Source: Eledone cirrhosa (taxonomy: Eukaryota). From it: a stretch of 64,000 bases of DNA. The stretch is from assembly GCA_964016885.1 (NCBI GenBank), contig OZ024757.1, positions 28,520,001 to 28,584,000 on the forward strand, given 5' to 3'. The notes under the pieces were generated by a model. The model did no database searches, was not told where the DNA came from, and was given only the letters and a program-made list of their open reading frames with translations. The position numbers were made by a program, and so were the translations under genes. Each line of letters begins with the position of its first letter. The stretch's first letter is position 1. Below, piece after piece: positions 1-12,939 of this stretch.

Positions 1-84
1 ATTTGGCTTAACATTGTAAATGTACAACAAAAATGCATTTCGGTCACTTGGGACATGCCCTTTGGCTTTTGCCCATTCAGTAGC

Positions 85-795
85 TGGTACTAACAGGGTT
101 CAGATGATATACATTACCTTCAGGTTGCAGTTTTTTCTCCCACTGAGCCATGTTCCCCTTGTATATCCTAAGAACAGACTTCATATACTTCCTCCTCAGG
201 CCCCAGTGTTTCTTGAATTAAGCTGTTCTCCTTGTATAAATATATCCTAACAACAGAATTTACATAGTCCTTCTTCAGGGCACAGTTCGTCTCTAATTAA
301 CCCTTTAGTATTTACATTACTCTATACATCCTATTATAATTTCATGGTAAAGGCTTTACCTCAATAATCATCTCACATAATATTGAATCTATGATATTTT
401 GATATTATTTATTTTGAGAACAATACCTTAACATCAGTATGAGCAACCAGATAAGGCCGGTTTAAATGCTAAAGGGTTAAGGTATGTACCTAACAACAAG
501 ATTCACTTATTTCCCTTTTAGGTTGCAGTGTCTTCCTGAGGTATATTTTCCCTGTATATAATCTAACAACAGAGTTTACATATTATACCTACAGTTTACA
601 ATGTCTCCCTAACTGAGGTTTCTCCTCCCTTGTATGTATATATCTTGACAGCAGGGTTCACAAACTTCACTTCCAGATTGCAGTGCCTTTCTAACAGAGG
701 CCTGTCCTGTCCCCTTGTATATTATCTAATAACACTCCACCTACAGATTGCAGTGTTTTCATAACTAAAACCTGTCGCCTTGTATATATCCTAGG
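85..795. repeat. Degenerate tandem repeat of about 70-80 bp
   Basis: Recurring gtatatcctaacaacagag...caggttgcagtg...ccccttgta; split by the MITE at 301-476. Confidence 0.7.
301..476. mobile_element. piggyBac-type MITE (family A)
   Basis: TTAA|CCCTTTAGTATTTA ... TAAATGCTAAAGGG|TTAA; interrupts a degenerate tandem repeat. Confidence 0.85.
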
Positions 796-1732
796 CCATA
801 TTATTCAGAAGCCTAGGGGTGCTCCAAGGACTAGAGGCTGATGAAATATTTTTTCTTCTTTTGCTGTAGTGGGATGAAAGATTGAAGTACTAGAGTTTGT
901 GGGTGGGTGGGTGGTGGTGAGTTATTATTTTTGTCATTGTTATTGTCATTGTTATTATTGTGGTTTTTATCTGTTCTTGTTTGTCGTTTTCTATTCCCTT
1001 CCTTTCCCCTGATCCAATTATCTAACCTCACATCTAGCAATAACACCACAATAAACTGAAGTAAATAATGCATGTAGACACACACAGACATATATGCATA
1101 TATATATACACACACACACACACATATATATTTATATTTATCTATACATACACACACATATATATTATTATTTATGCACACACACATATATGTAATTATA
1201 TATATATATATATATATATTTATACACACACACACACACATAATATTTGTACAAAGATGTCCATTGTATATAGATATATACATTGTATATATAACATTTT
1301 CAGCATATAATCATAGACAGTAGAGGAAACACTTATATTTACATACCTAACAACTTAGATATTTAGAATATAATAGATCCCACATCAGATTTGATGGTGT
1401 AAAGCGATTTCTATATCTACAGTGATTTATGGATGTTCTTTGGAAGGGGTCCATCAACATATTCAAGTTAGAGTCATAGATCACATTAGATGGTTAATTT
1501 AATTATAATTTATTAATTTGTTTGATGCAACTCTTGATTGGGAAATACATCATCATTATCTGTGGATTGGCAGTATCAGTAGAGCGTCGAACAACATGCT
1601 TAGTGGCATAGAGTTGTGGCCGTTTACGTTCTGAGTTCAAATCCCCTGTGTGTATGATGTTGACGGTCGTGAGAATGAATACTCAATACCAAAGTAGAGT
1701 TTAGATATTCGTTATTATGGCTAAGTGATGGG

Positions 1733-1783
1733 TTTTGTTACTCTAGAGTTTCACCTGTGAACTCACAGCATCATCAGACAAGA
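1733..1783 (-). ncRNA. Type I minimal hammerhead ribozyme motif (inverted homolog of 2000-2049)
   Basis: Minus strand: tcttgt-CTGATGA-tgctgtgagttcacaggt-GAAA-ctctagag-TA-acaaaa. Stem II ctgtga/tcacag; palindromic stem III ACTCTAGAGT; GUA triplet. Confidence 0.78.
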
Positions 1784-1796
1784 CAATATATATATA

Positions 1797-1956
1797 TAGG
1801 AAAAAGTATGACCCCGACGGCAGAGCTCAAGCCGTTTCGAAACGGCTTGAGCTCTGCTGTCGGGGTCATACTTTTTCCTATTACTCACTCTACTACCCTA
1901 AGTATTGAGTACTCTGGTGCGTTATGGTCCATCTGGTTCCTTACCACATTTCCTTT
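1797..1956 (+). mobile_element. Short fold-back element (84 bp palindrome plus unique tail) in (TA)n; Penelope-like terminus by inference
   Basis: 42 bp arms (1797-1838 and 1839-1880, one mismatch) centred on TTTC|GAAA; a second copy lies in reverse at 15498-15633. Confidence 0.65.
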
Positions 1957-1957
1957 G

Positions 1958-1999
<42 letters not shown>

Positions 2000-2000
<1 letters not shown>

Positions 2001-2049
2001 CTTGTCTGATGATGCTGTGATAAACAGATGAAACTCCAGAGTAATAAGA
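2000..2049 (+). ncRNA. Type I minimal hammerhead ribozyme motif
   Basis: tcttgt-CTGATGA-tgctgtgataaacagat-GAAA-ctccagag-TA-ataaga. Stem I 6 bp (one G-U); stem II ctgt/acag; stem III ACTC/GAGT; predicted GUA cleavage after 2043. Confidence 0.78.
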
Positions 2050-2220
2050 CTCACTATTTGCCTAAATAAAGCAAATATCATCGTCGTCATCATCATCATC
2101 ATCACCATTTAACGTCCATTTTGCCATGCTTGCATGGGTCCAATGGCTCGTCCTCATCGAGAGAAAAGTCTGGCCAGGATTGGTCATGCCATACTTTGCT
2201 CTGACGGGCCTATATATATG

Positions 2221-2258
<38 letters not shown>

Positions 2259-2264
2259 TATAAT

Positions 2265-2424
2265 AGGCTTCTACTCTTTCTGTCTACAAAATTCCATTCA
2301 CGAGACATCAGTTAACCCTCAGCTCTAGTAGAAGACATTTGTCCAAGTTACCACACAGTAGGATTGAACCTGAAACCATGTGGTTGTCAAACAAACTCCT
2401 TAACCACACAGCCATGCCTTCATC
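2265..2424 (-). mobile_element. Third tRNA-derived SINE family (representative)
   Basis: Minus-strand head ggcatggctgtgtggttaaggagtttg...caaccacatggtttcaggttcaatcc. Related heads at about 46390-46530 (-), 48250-48335, 52878-52975 and 61355-61410. Confidence 0.75.
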
Positions 2425-3002
2425 TATATAATTTTCTACGTTTTTGGTTAGTTTCATATTTAGAGGGTGGTAGTTGTTATTGTTTTTTATTAGGGGGTGG
2501 TGATTGTATTGTTATGGGAAGAGGTGTGTGGGTGTTGGTATTGTATTCATTTCTCTTTGCAGAGAATTTAATTTCCAGTGTTAATTAAATTCTTATTATC
2601 TATAATTAAATATTATTATTGCGCAAGAATGAAAATTAGAAAGAATAATAATGATTTAGATTGAGAGAAGGAGAAGGAGAAAGAGGAGGAGGAGGAGAAA
2701 GAAGAAGAAATAATAGTAAACAAACAAACAAACAAAAAAACATATCCAAGCAAAAATGAAAAAATTAAAATGTTATAAAAATAAATTTAAATAAAAATAA
2801 TAATAATACAACAATAATAAAATAATTAGTAAAGAAATAATATTTTATTGAAATAGAATTTATAAAATGATATAAAATAATGAGTAAAAAATAATGAAAT
2901 TTACAGTAATGAAGTTAAATAAAAGAAATAAGATTTTTAATAAAATATATTGAAATAGAAAATGTAATAAATTTTCTTAAGAATTAAGTATACACACACA
3001 CA

Positions 3003-3054
<52 letters not shown>

Positions 3055-3220
3055 TAGATAGATAAATATACACGGGTGTGTATGATTGTGTATAGAAGAT
3101 TATATTAATAAGAGGAATTCCAACTTTGTCTGATTTACTCGTTTTATTTACAATCCTTTAAAATTTATAATGGTATTATAATGAAATAGTATGATAGAAT
3201 ATTAAATGTTAAGTGTTAAT

Positions 3221-3259
3221 TGAACAAGTACTTTCATGCTTTCGCAATCTTCAGGTTCA
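3221..3259 (-). ncRNA. Very small (39 nt) type I hammerhead motif
   Basis: Minus strand: tgaac-CTGAAGA-ttgc gaaa gcat-GAAA-gtac-TT-gttca. Stem I 5 bp perfect; stem II tgc/gca with a GNRA loop; palindromic stem III AGTACT; CUU triplet. Confidence 0.75.
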
Positions 3260-3540
3260 TAATGTGTGGTGACAGTCAAGTTTGCAATTTTCAACTGTTG
3301 AAATTTTCAACAGTTGAAAATTGCAAACTTGACTGGTCATAATACACCTCCTGGTCTATCCGGGAGCTTCCAACAGTAATGGTTGCATTTTTTAAGGGTA
3401 TGTCAATATTTATTTATAAAACTGATCTATATTATATTTTGTCGGATGAAAGCATACCATAATTTAACTTGGTGTCCTTGAAATATGTATAATGAAATAA
3501 ATATGGTTTTATAAATATAGTTTCCATTTGTTAATATCGC

Positions 3541-3633
<93 letters not shown>

Positions 3634-4852
3634 GATATGGAGATCTGGAAGACTTCAGGTCAGTGAGCTTTCAAGACATCTGAAATGGAATGTCCCCTTT
3701 GTTAGTATTTTATTGGGTTAATCCCCAGCTGCTCCAGCTAGTACTGGTATGAGCTAGATGAGGTCTCTCCAACTTGTCTTGTCTCAGAGTTTGACAATCT
3801 AATATCCAATCACACCATCATGGAAAGCAGGCATAAAGTGCCTTGCTTAAGGTTCATAATACACCTCCTGGTCTAAGGATTGATCCCAGGACCTTGTTGT
3901 CAAGAGAGCAACACCCTGTCCACTAAGCTCCAAGCACCTTCTGTGCATCTTTTGCATCTTCTTACTCTTTATCGAATGAAAGTTGACAAGAAAAGAGAGT
4001 GGCACCATTTTGTATGTTTGTTGAAGAGTTGTCGAAGCAAAGCTAATGGGGACTTACCCAACATTAATAACAACAACAACATCACCAACAATAACAACAG
4101 TGGCAACAACAACAACAACAGCAACAGTAATGATAATGACAATAGCAACAATAACAACAGCAACAGCAGAAACAGCAGCAACTGTACAAATTACAACAGC
4201 ACTACCAATTACAACAACAGCAGCAATTACCACACCACCAACAACAACAACAGCAGTGGTTGGAAAGAGGAGTACCCAGCCATAGACAAACACCTGCTTC
4301 ACAATCTCAAAACTCTTTTTTAGCTTTTTATTATTTTTATCATCATCATCATTACTATCATTATCATTGTTGTTATTATTATTATTATTACTATTATTAT
4401 TATTATTATCATTATTACTATTATCATTGTCGTCATCGTCATTATCATCATCATTGCTACTGGATGGATGAGAGGTGTCCTTCCTTAATCCCATACCACC
4501 ATTGGGAGAGGGGGAAAAACAACAACAAAAACACTAACACAGAAATGTTTTTTTTTCTCTTTTTTTTCTTCTCCTTTTCATTCATTTATTTATTTTTTGA
4601 TACTTTTCTTTCGTTTTTTTTTTTTTGTTTTTTTTTTTTAAATTTAGCTTACCTGAGATTGCAGGTGATGTAGTGGCATTGTTTTAGTTCCCATTCATTT
4701 AGATTAATCAAACGAAGGGAATCCATTGAGACGTAAATAATTACTAATTTACCTGCTGTCTCGCAATACTACCATTGTTCACACTTACACATTAATAATG
4801 TATCATATATACTGTATGATGATGGTGATGATGATGATGATGATGGTGGTGG

Positions 4853-4883
<31 letters not shown>

Positions 4884-5092
4884 AATGATGGTGATAATAA
4901 TAGTACTAGTAGTAATGTTGATGGTATAGAGGATATAGATATAGCCTACCCATATACATACATATATAAATACATACATATATACATGCATACATACATA
5001 TATACTTACATACATATATACTTACATACATGCATACATACATATATACATATATACATGCATACATACATACATATATACATACATACATG

Positions 5093-5123
<31 letters not shown>

Positions 5124-5983
5124 GCATACATACATACATACATTATATATATATACAATGCATGCTCACATATATATGTGTATATATCTGCATACTTACT
5201 CACATGTATGTATATCTACATGCAAACTCACATATATGCATATATAATACATACATGCATATATATATATATATATATGTATGTATTTATATACATATAT
5301 AGATATACTTTATCTATCTCTCTACATACATACTTACATACATAAGCATGTATGTGTATATCTCCTTCAGGATCTGTGTCTGTATATGTGTATGTATAAG
5401 TTTAAGTATGAAGAGGAGAGAAAGAGAGAGTGTGGCTGTGTTAGATGAACAAGGAACGAGAGAATGTAGAATTATTAGGATATTTTAATTGATTATCTGA
5501 ACAGAATGATTGGTAGAATAACCATCAGTTATAGCTAATGATTGGAGAAATAACCACCAACTATAGCTAATAATTAGAGAAATAACCACCAACTGTACTC
5601 CAACACACCAACATAGTATTGGGAAAGTTAGTTATATAACTAAATCCCTTCAAATTCTTGATTATTTTCAAAATTATTTGAAAATCATAGGCAGTGTTTT
5701 CATTAGAAATGGTCACAAATGCATTAATGTACATATTTATTGAAAACCTTTCTTCAATTTAATGTAAGAAATTCTGTTAACTTATGTTCTAAACACCAAT
5801 TTAATATTGAGAAAGTTAGTTATATTACCAAACCCTTCCAAAATATATATATAAACATATTTATTATGAATAATAGAGACAGTTTTATGAATACATAGTT
5901 CTGTTATATGAGTACTGGACACCAATGTAAACACAACTCTGAACCAGTAGCATATCAAACACAAAAATACTACCAATCTCAAA

Positions 5984-6052
5984 CTGTCTGAAGAGAACAT
6001 GTCAGAGGGTTATTATGTAACCATTCTGACATCTTTGAAATACGTATAACAG
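5984..6052 (+). ncRNA. Type I hammerhead ribozyme motif with long stem II (intact core)
   Basis: ctgt-CTGAAGA-[gaacatgtcagagggtta ttatg taaccattctgacatcttt]-GAAA-tacgta-TA-acag. Stem I ctgt/acag; stem II hairpin with atgtcaga/tctgacat and ggtta/taacc; palindromic stem III ATACGTAT; predicted AUA cleavage after 6048. Confidence 0.8.
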
Positions 6053-6230
6053 AACTATGTAATAAACAGATATCTCTCTTATTCATTATACTGAAACTCT
6101 GGTTATACCTTACCGATAACATTCTAAGGAATACAAATCGTAGAGTGCTTTACATCTGTTTACAAAGAAATTCAGCAGATTAAATGATCAACCAACTTTT
6201 ATTAATTGGATAATATATATATATATAATA

Positions 6231-6318
<88 letters not shown>

Positions 6319-6650
6319 GGAGGCACATGGCTTAGTGGTTAGAGCATTGGCCTTGCAATCGAAAGGTTGTGAGTTCAATTCTCAGACCGGGTGATGTGTT
6401 GTTTCCTTGAGCAAGACACTTTATTTCACATTGCTCCAGTTTACTCAGCTGTAGAAATGAGATGATAGGACTAGGGTCCCTATCATTCCACTGCAACGTG
6501 GACGTGGAGGTGCCACAGCAAAAAAGTACCCAGCACTCACTGTAAATGAGGTTGGTGTTAGGAAGGGCATCCAGCTGTAGAAATCAAGCCAGAATCAATT
6601 CCCGTCCCACCCTTGCAAGCAGGGAAAAGCAGACGTAAAATGATGATGAT
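6319..6650 (+). mobile_element. Full-length tRNA-derived SINE with RTE-derived tail
   Basis: A box TGGCTTAGTGG, B box GAGTTCAATTC, central body, 3' part matching the RTE 3' UTR (56262-56500), (ATG)n tail. Confidence 0.9.
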
Positions 6651-9069
6651 ATATATATATATTATATATACACACAGTTTTGCTCAGTGAAACAATCGTA
6701 AAGCAATGGATTAATTAACTACTTCACCTTGTTTCTTGTTTTTATTTCATTATTATTTATATATATGTGTGTGTGTGTGTGCTTATCACTATTGTGATTA
6801 ACATTGATTAGCAAAAACAAAAACAATACAATTTATTTACATAATTTATAGCTTCATCACTCTTATTACTATCATCACCATTATTAGTTACATCATCATC
6901 ATCAGTATCATCATTGTCAACAATATTAACAGCAATAACTACAATGATGAGGACAACAGCTGATACAGCATCAACATTTCTAATAATAATAATGATTTTT
7001 ACTATAGGCACAAGGTCAGTAATTTGTGGGGGTGGGGAGAAAGTTGATTAAATCGACCTAGTACATTACTGGTACTTTATTTTATCGACCCTGTAAGGAT
7101 GAAAGGCAAAACTAACCTCTGCTTTTCATCCTGATGGGACCAGGGAAATAAAGTACCAGTGATGAACTAGTGTCAATTTACTAATAATAATGATGATTTC
7201 TAATATAGGCACAAGGCCAGCAATTTTAAGGGTGGGGAAAGTCGATTAAATTGACCCCAGTGCATTACTGGTACTTATTTTATTGACCACGTAAGGATGA
7301 AAGGCAAGGCTAAACTCGGCGGGATTTGAACTCAGATTGTAAAGGGTATATTATCCGACACTCTACCCATTCTGTCAATCAACAACATCACTGGAGATAA
7401 AACAACAAACAAACAAAACATGCAATAACAACAGTAACAACAATTACAACAGCAACAATTGCAACAATTACAACAACAACTACAACAGTTCCAACTATGA
7501 CAGCAACAATAGCAACAACTACATCAACAACAACAGTAATAACATTAGTTCCAACGACAACAACCACCACAACAACAACAACAGACATTGTAGAATTGTG
7601 AAACCTGTTTTGTTTCATGTTCACTGGCCATCTTAATTGGTCAGTCCTGTTGTGATGTAAGGACTACAGCCTCTTTCTGGACACATGTGGGGGTGGAGGG
7701 TGGACTGTGGGGTTGGGATAGTAAGGCTGGACGTGGTGGTGGTGGTGGACTGTGTAGTGGTGGTGGTATTAGTGGACTAGGTGGTGTTGGTATTGATGGT
7801 GGAGATAGACTTGGTTGTGGTGGTGGTGGTGGTGGTGGTGATGTTGGATGCAATGGTCAGTGTTGAAGTTTATCTAATATAATGGACAAATGAATAGTGA
7901 CCTGCATTGGACAGACAAGGATAATTCTGTTTCTGTGTGTCCCTTAAGGATTTGTTGGTTTGTTGTTGTTGTTGTTGTTGTTGTTGTTTTGCCGGACAGT
8001 GATGGACAGGTGTGGAGGGGGGCTATTGTCGTGGGATAATCAACTTCATCAATACCATTACTACCACCATCATCACTATCATAACTACCTACCTCAACCA
8101 CCATCACAACTACCACTAGCATCACCATCATCACCATCACCAGTACCACAGCCACCTACACCTATAATACAACAACCACAATTACTATCACCACCACCAA
8201 GTCAACCACAACACCACTACCACCACCACTATCACAAACTCCACTACCATCACAGCCCTTTCCTAACACAACCACCACCTTCACAGCTCCTCACTAAACA
8301 CCATCACCACCACTAGGGATAATTTGGCAACAAGGGACCCTTCGCTATTGGTCAGACAAAAACAGACTGACCTATACTACACAGGTGTACAGTTTACGGG
8401 GAGCTCTTGGGATAAACCCATTGATGGATTTAAAACATGTGACACATCACAGTTTTCTCATTATACTGTGTGTGGGTTTGTTGATGTTGTTGTTGTTGTT
8501 GTTGGGCCCTCAGGTTAGCTTTGATTGGTCAGAGCTATAATTAAAGACGTTCCACCCATGGCCATCTCATCTTTTTTTATATCATATCTATGACTACATA
8601 GTCCAATGGCTCCTTTCTTTTTCTGACTCAGTAGAGTGTCGTGTGAGGGAGGTTTGACTGGTATTTCTAGCAGGTTGAGTGACCACTATATAGAAGCTCT
8701 CTCTAGAACCAAATAAAAATCATATTATTTCTAATAAAATGTTGTAGTTTGCTTGAAGCATTGTGTATGATATAATGTGTTGATAGAAGGCTAAACAATG
8801 CAAAATGAACGTAAGATGAAGTAACAAAAAAGTAAGTTACCTGGTAATCTTTGTTTTGTTTTTTGTTGTTGCTGTTTTTTCTTCTGTCCTAATATTTCGA
8901 GACCTAAAATTCCCTTCTTCAGAGTTTAAGGAACTTTCAGAGAATAATGTAAGAGATTATTATTTCTATAACCGACTATTCCCTTCCCCTAAATAGAACA
9001 CAATTTAACAAAGATTCTTACATAAAATTATGATGGAAGGTTTTTTTTAGATAAATATAAACACTTTAA

Positions 9070-9261
9070 CCCTTTAGTATTTGCATTACTCTATGTATAC
9101 TATTATATTTTTGTGGTAAAGGTTTTACCTCACATAATTATCTCACATAATATTGAATCTATGAGATTTTGATATTATTTATTTCGAGAACAATATCTTA
9201 ACATCAGTGTGAGCGACCAGTTACTGCCAGTTTGAACAGAAAGAGGTTAAATGCTAAAGGG
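9070..9261. mobile_element. piggyBac-type MITE (family A)
   Basis: Same TIRs, internal sequence and TTAA duplication as 301-476. Confidence 0.85.
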
Positions 9262-9858
9262 TTAATCAACTTTTTCCTATTCCCTTCAAATTGCTGGCCC
9301 TGTACCAAAAGTAGAAACAATTATTATTCAATTATGATATATTTCAAAATATAATATTACACATGGAACATACATATTGATGATAAAGTATTTTATTTAA
9401 TTAACTTATTAACTCACTCTGACTTTAGTATTTCTTCTCTGTCCACATTTCACCAGAATATTTACATTTATTTATATATATATTTATTTATTTATTTATT
9501 TATTGTCCCTTTGTTTTAGTTTTTTTTTTTGTTTTGTATTTTTCTCAATATCATATTTCCTTAATTTTCATGTTTTGTTTATCTGGTGTTTTTCTTTCTT
9601 TTTGTATATGTTTTTTTTTTTGTTTTTGTTATTTTCATTTTTTGCTGATTGTTTCGCAGACATACAGAGAGATGTTGAATAGCTTGTTAGTGTTGTTTAG
9701 CCACAGGTCAGCCCTGAGGATTGACCAAATCATATTTGTATGCATGTCTGTGTGTGTAATTTATTTCATATAAAAAAAAGTGGCAGTTACTTGCAATACA
9801 AATTTTATCAGATCTTGTTTGCAACCAGCATAACATATACCGATATATGTTTTACAAT

Positions 9859-9895
<37 letters not shown>

Positions 9896-10214
9896 GAGAA
9901 AGACAAGTTTATCCCGGGTTCAATCGGGGGTAACCACAGTAAGTAAGGTACTCAATACCTAGCAGAGTTTAAATATTTAATATAGAAATGGCTTGGCTTC
10001 TACAGACTAGAGAAATCGGGAGGAATCATCAGGCTTCCTGAGGATTTCTCCCAAATGAAACAGTTCTAGTCCTGTAGAAGCCATTTCTATATTAAACAAA
10101 CATATATATATATATATATATATAAGAAAGTAAGGTTTTTCAAAATGTCCCACACGGGTAAAAATATAAGAAAAAGAAATTGAAAATGCAACTGGAGTCT
10201 TTTAAGAATATTTA

Positions 10215-10258
10215 TTTACTTTACTGGTTTCACAGTTCTTATGATTTTCAAAAGCAAA
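10215..10258 (-). ncRNA. Hammerhead motif, U3-A8 core variant (copy 1)
   Basis: Minus strand: tttgctt-TTGAAAA-tcataagaactgt-GAAA-ccag-TA-aagtaaa. Stem I 7 bp; lies in a repeat (about 10165-10290) also present at about 55525-55645. Confidence 0.55.
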
Positions 10259-10294
10259 ATTGAGATGGAGGGTTTGTGTTTCTGGTGTGGTTTT

Positions 10295-10342
<48 letters not shown>

Positions 10343-10692
10343 ATGAACTCCCCCATCATATATCAATGTATGAGGTTTTCAACAGTCTTCTCAGTTCATT
10401 TTTTATGGTTATGCCTTAAATGGCGCTTTAGTCAAGCTGCTGATTTACATACCAAGCTGCATATCTTCAGGAATACAAATACAAATGTATATATATATCA
10501 TCTAATGTTCACTAGTTGATAAAAGATTATGTGAACTTGTTTAAGACACATGGAATTCATCTTTGTTTGCTTGTGAGATATCACCAATGTATATTTGTTT
10601 ATGATAAAGAGAGATGAGGTCCCTCAACTTTTTATAGAATTGTATCTTATATCCAATAAGTAGCAATTACTTGCAATACAAGTTTCACTTAA

Positions 10693-10916
10693 CACTTTAG
10701 CATTTAAACCGGCCATATCCAGCCAGAATTCTCTCACCTGTTTCTGTTCAAAGTTGGCTATAACTGGCCACTCATACAGGTGTTATGGCATGATATACAG
10801 GTGTTATGGTATTTTTCTAAAAAAAAATAACATCAAAATCTTGTAGATTCAATATTATGTTAGATTATTATGTAAGATAAAGCATTTACCACAAAAATAT
10901 AACAGTATATATAGGG
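10693..10916. mobile_element. piggyBac-type MITE (family A, reverse orientation)
   Basis: TTAA-cactttagcatttaaaccggcc ... gggTTAA; internal homology to family A. Confidence 0.75.
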
Positions 10917-11860
10917 TTAATGGCTGATCAGAGAACTGTCACTTCATCATCATCATCATCATCACTGCCCTCATCATTTTACCTTCACTTTTCCATGCTA
11001 CAGGGGTTGGAAGGGTCTTGTCCAACACACTCTCCCTCCACTTGTTACGTTCCTGTTGCTTCACCACCATTTCCTCCATAAAGTTCAACATTTTGAGATC
11101 AGCTCTCAACAGTTATTGATATACAATAAATGATCTCACTAATATTAGATGTTTGTGACCTGTAAAACATATATCCAGTGTATATACATATATATATGTG
11201 TGTGTGTGTGTCTTATAACTATATTGTCATACAAACACACGTGTCTACATAAGATAGACATATGTACGCCCGTATGTACATATATATATATATGCGTGTG
11301 TCTTTATATGTATGTGTATTTGTGTCAATAAAAGAGCGAAGAACGCTACTGAAGTGCAGAGTTTAAGCTGTGTGAGAGCAAAGGTACCTACATCATCACC
11401 ACCACCATCGAGTTCAGCAACATCATCATCACCATCACCAGTAGCTGCCACAGTGGTCATATGTCATACACCTGTAGCTTCATCAAATTGACAGTCAAGG
11501 AACAAGGTCTGTCTGACACTTTGTCATCTGAACTCTGAAGTCTGACCTCTAGCAAACATGATCTAATGCTGCTACTACTACTACTACTCTCTCTCACACA
11601 CATTCTAGATGCTTTCATATACACCTCTATGCTGAATCACACTGTGTTAGTGCTACTGCTAATATATATATATATAGACAGTCGATTGATAAGATCCCAG
11701 AACTCGTCAAATTGATCTTTCCAATAGCTAATACAATCTATCGGTCACAAATCCAGGCAGAAGGAGCAAAGTGAAATAAAATGTCTTGCTCAAGAACATA
11801 ACATATCACCCAGTCTGGGAATCGAACTCACAATCTCATGATTGCGAATCAGCCATGTGC

Positions 11861-11896
<36 letters not shown>

Positions 11897-12061
11897 TGTC
11901 TCTCTTTTTATATTTCTGAAAAAAGCCTAAAGCCCGAACATCAAACTTTCTTTCCCCTTTTCCATATAAAGCGTGAAACTAAGACTTTTTGTACCTCTGT
12001 TTTCTTGTTTCCTTGAAATATATATTTATATATATATAAAATACACATATATACATACATA

Positions 12062-12130
12062 CATATGTCTGACGAACGAATGAGGACGTTTCTTGTATTC
12101 GTCTTATTCGGAAAACCTCTGGTAATGAGG
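12062..12130 (+). ncRNA. Decayed hammerhead motif
   Basis: CTGACGA-a-cgaatgaggacg...cgtcttattcg-gAAAA-cctctgg-TA-atgagg. Strong stem II; the GAAA junction is altered and stem I is weak. Confidence 0.45.
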
Positions 12131-12939
12131 TAATTATATTGTATTGTTTATTATACATTCAATTTAACTCTGTAACTTACATAGAGCACTCTTCACTCCT
12201 ATGACTTTTTCAATTTTCAACGGAAACTCAATACTTATATATATATATATATATCATCATCATCATCATCATTTCATTTTACGTCCGCTTTTTCCCTGGT
12301 TGCAAGGGTGGGACGGGAACTGATTCTGGCTTGATTTCTACAGCTGGATGCCCTTCCTAACACCAACCTCATTTACAGTGAGTGGTGGGTGCTTTTTTTG
12401 CCGTGGCACCTCCACGACCACTTTGCAGTGGAATGATATGGACCCCATATATATATATATATATATATATTTATATTGATGTCATCGCTGTTGTTGCTAT
12501 TGTTGCTGTGACTTGTTTATTTTAATATAGTTGTTATTGTTGTTGTTATTACTGTTGTTATGATGGTTGTCCCTGTTATATTGATTCAGTTGTTGTTTAA
12601 TTGGCTGTAATTTGTCTTCGTTATTGTTGTTTATATTTATTTATATTGTTGCCGAGTGTCGTTGTATGTTGTTGTTGTTATTGAATTTACCCTGTTTTAG
12701 GTTATGTTTTTTTTTCTCTTTGCTGCTTCGATCGTTACACACACATACATACACATATAAATACACGCACATATAGTATATACACATACAAATACACATA
12801 CACAAATAAACACACACAAATGTGCACATACATAAATATACACACACACACACACACACACACACGTGTGTGTGTGTGTGTGTTGTACATTCCACTTGTC
12901 AACAAGTAAAAATGATGTTCAGTTGGCAAAATAGATAAT

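Noticed and set aside
3880-4494. Asn-rich and Val-rich overlapping ORFs
   Set aside because: Trinucleotide repeat tracts plus a SINE head; no supportable gene structure.
6319-6392. tRNA gene
   Set aside because: The A/B boxes belong to a SINE head that continues into a body and LINE-derived tail; no convincing cloverleaf.
7641-8316. Pro/His-rich ORFs on both strands
   Set aside because: Built on (CCA)n/(CAA)n degenerate repeats, bounded by stops, with no credible splice sites.
11330-11490. Open stretch KRAKNATEVQSLSCVRAKVPTSSPPPSS...
   Set aside because: No start or acceptor, ends in a stop, and is partly a CAT/CAC repeat; not supportable as an exon.
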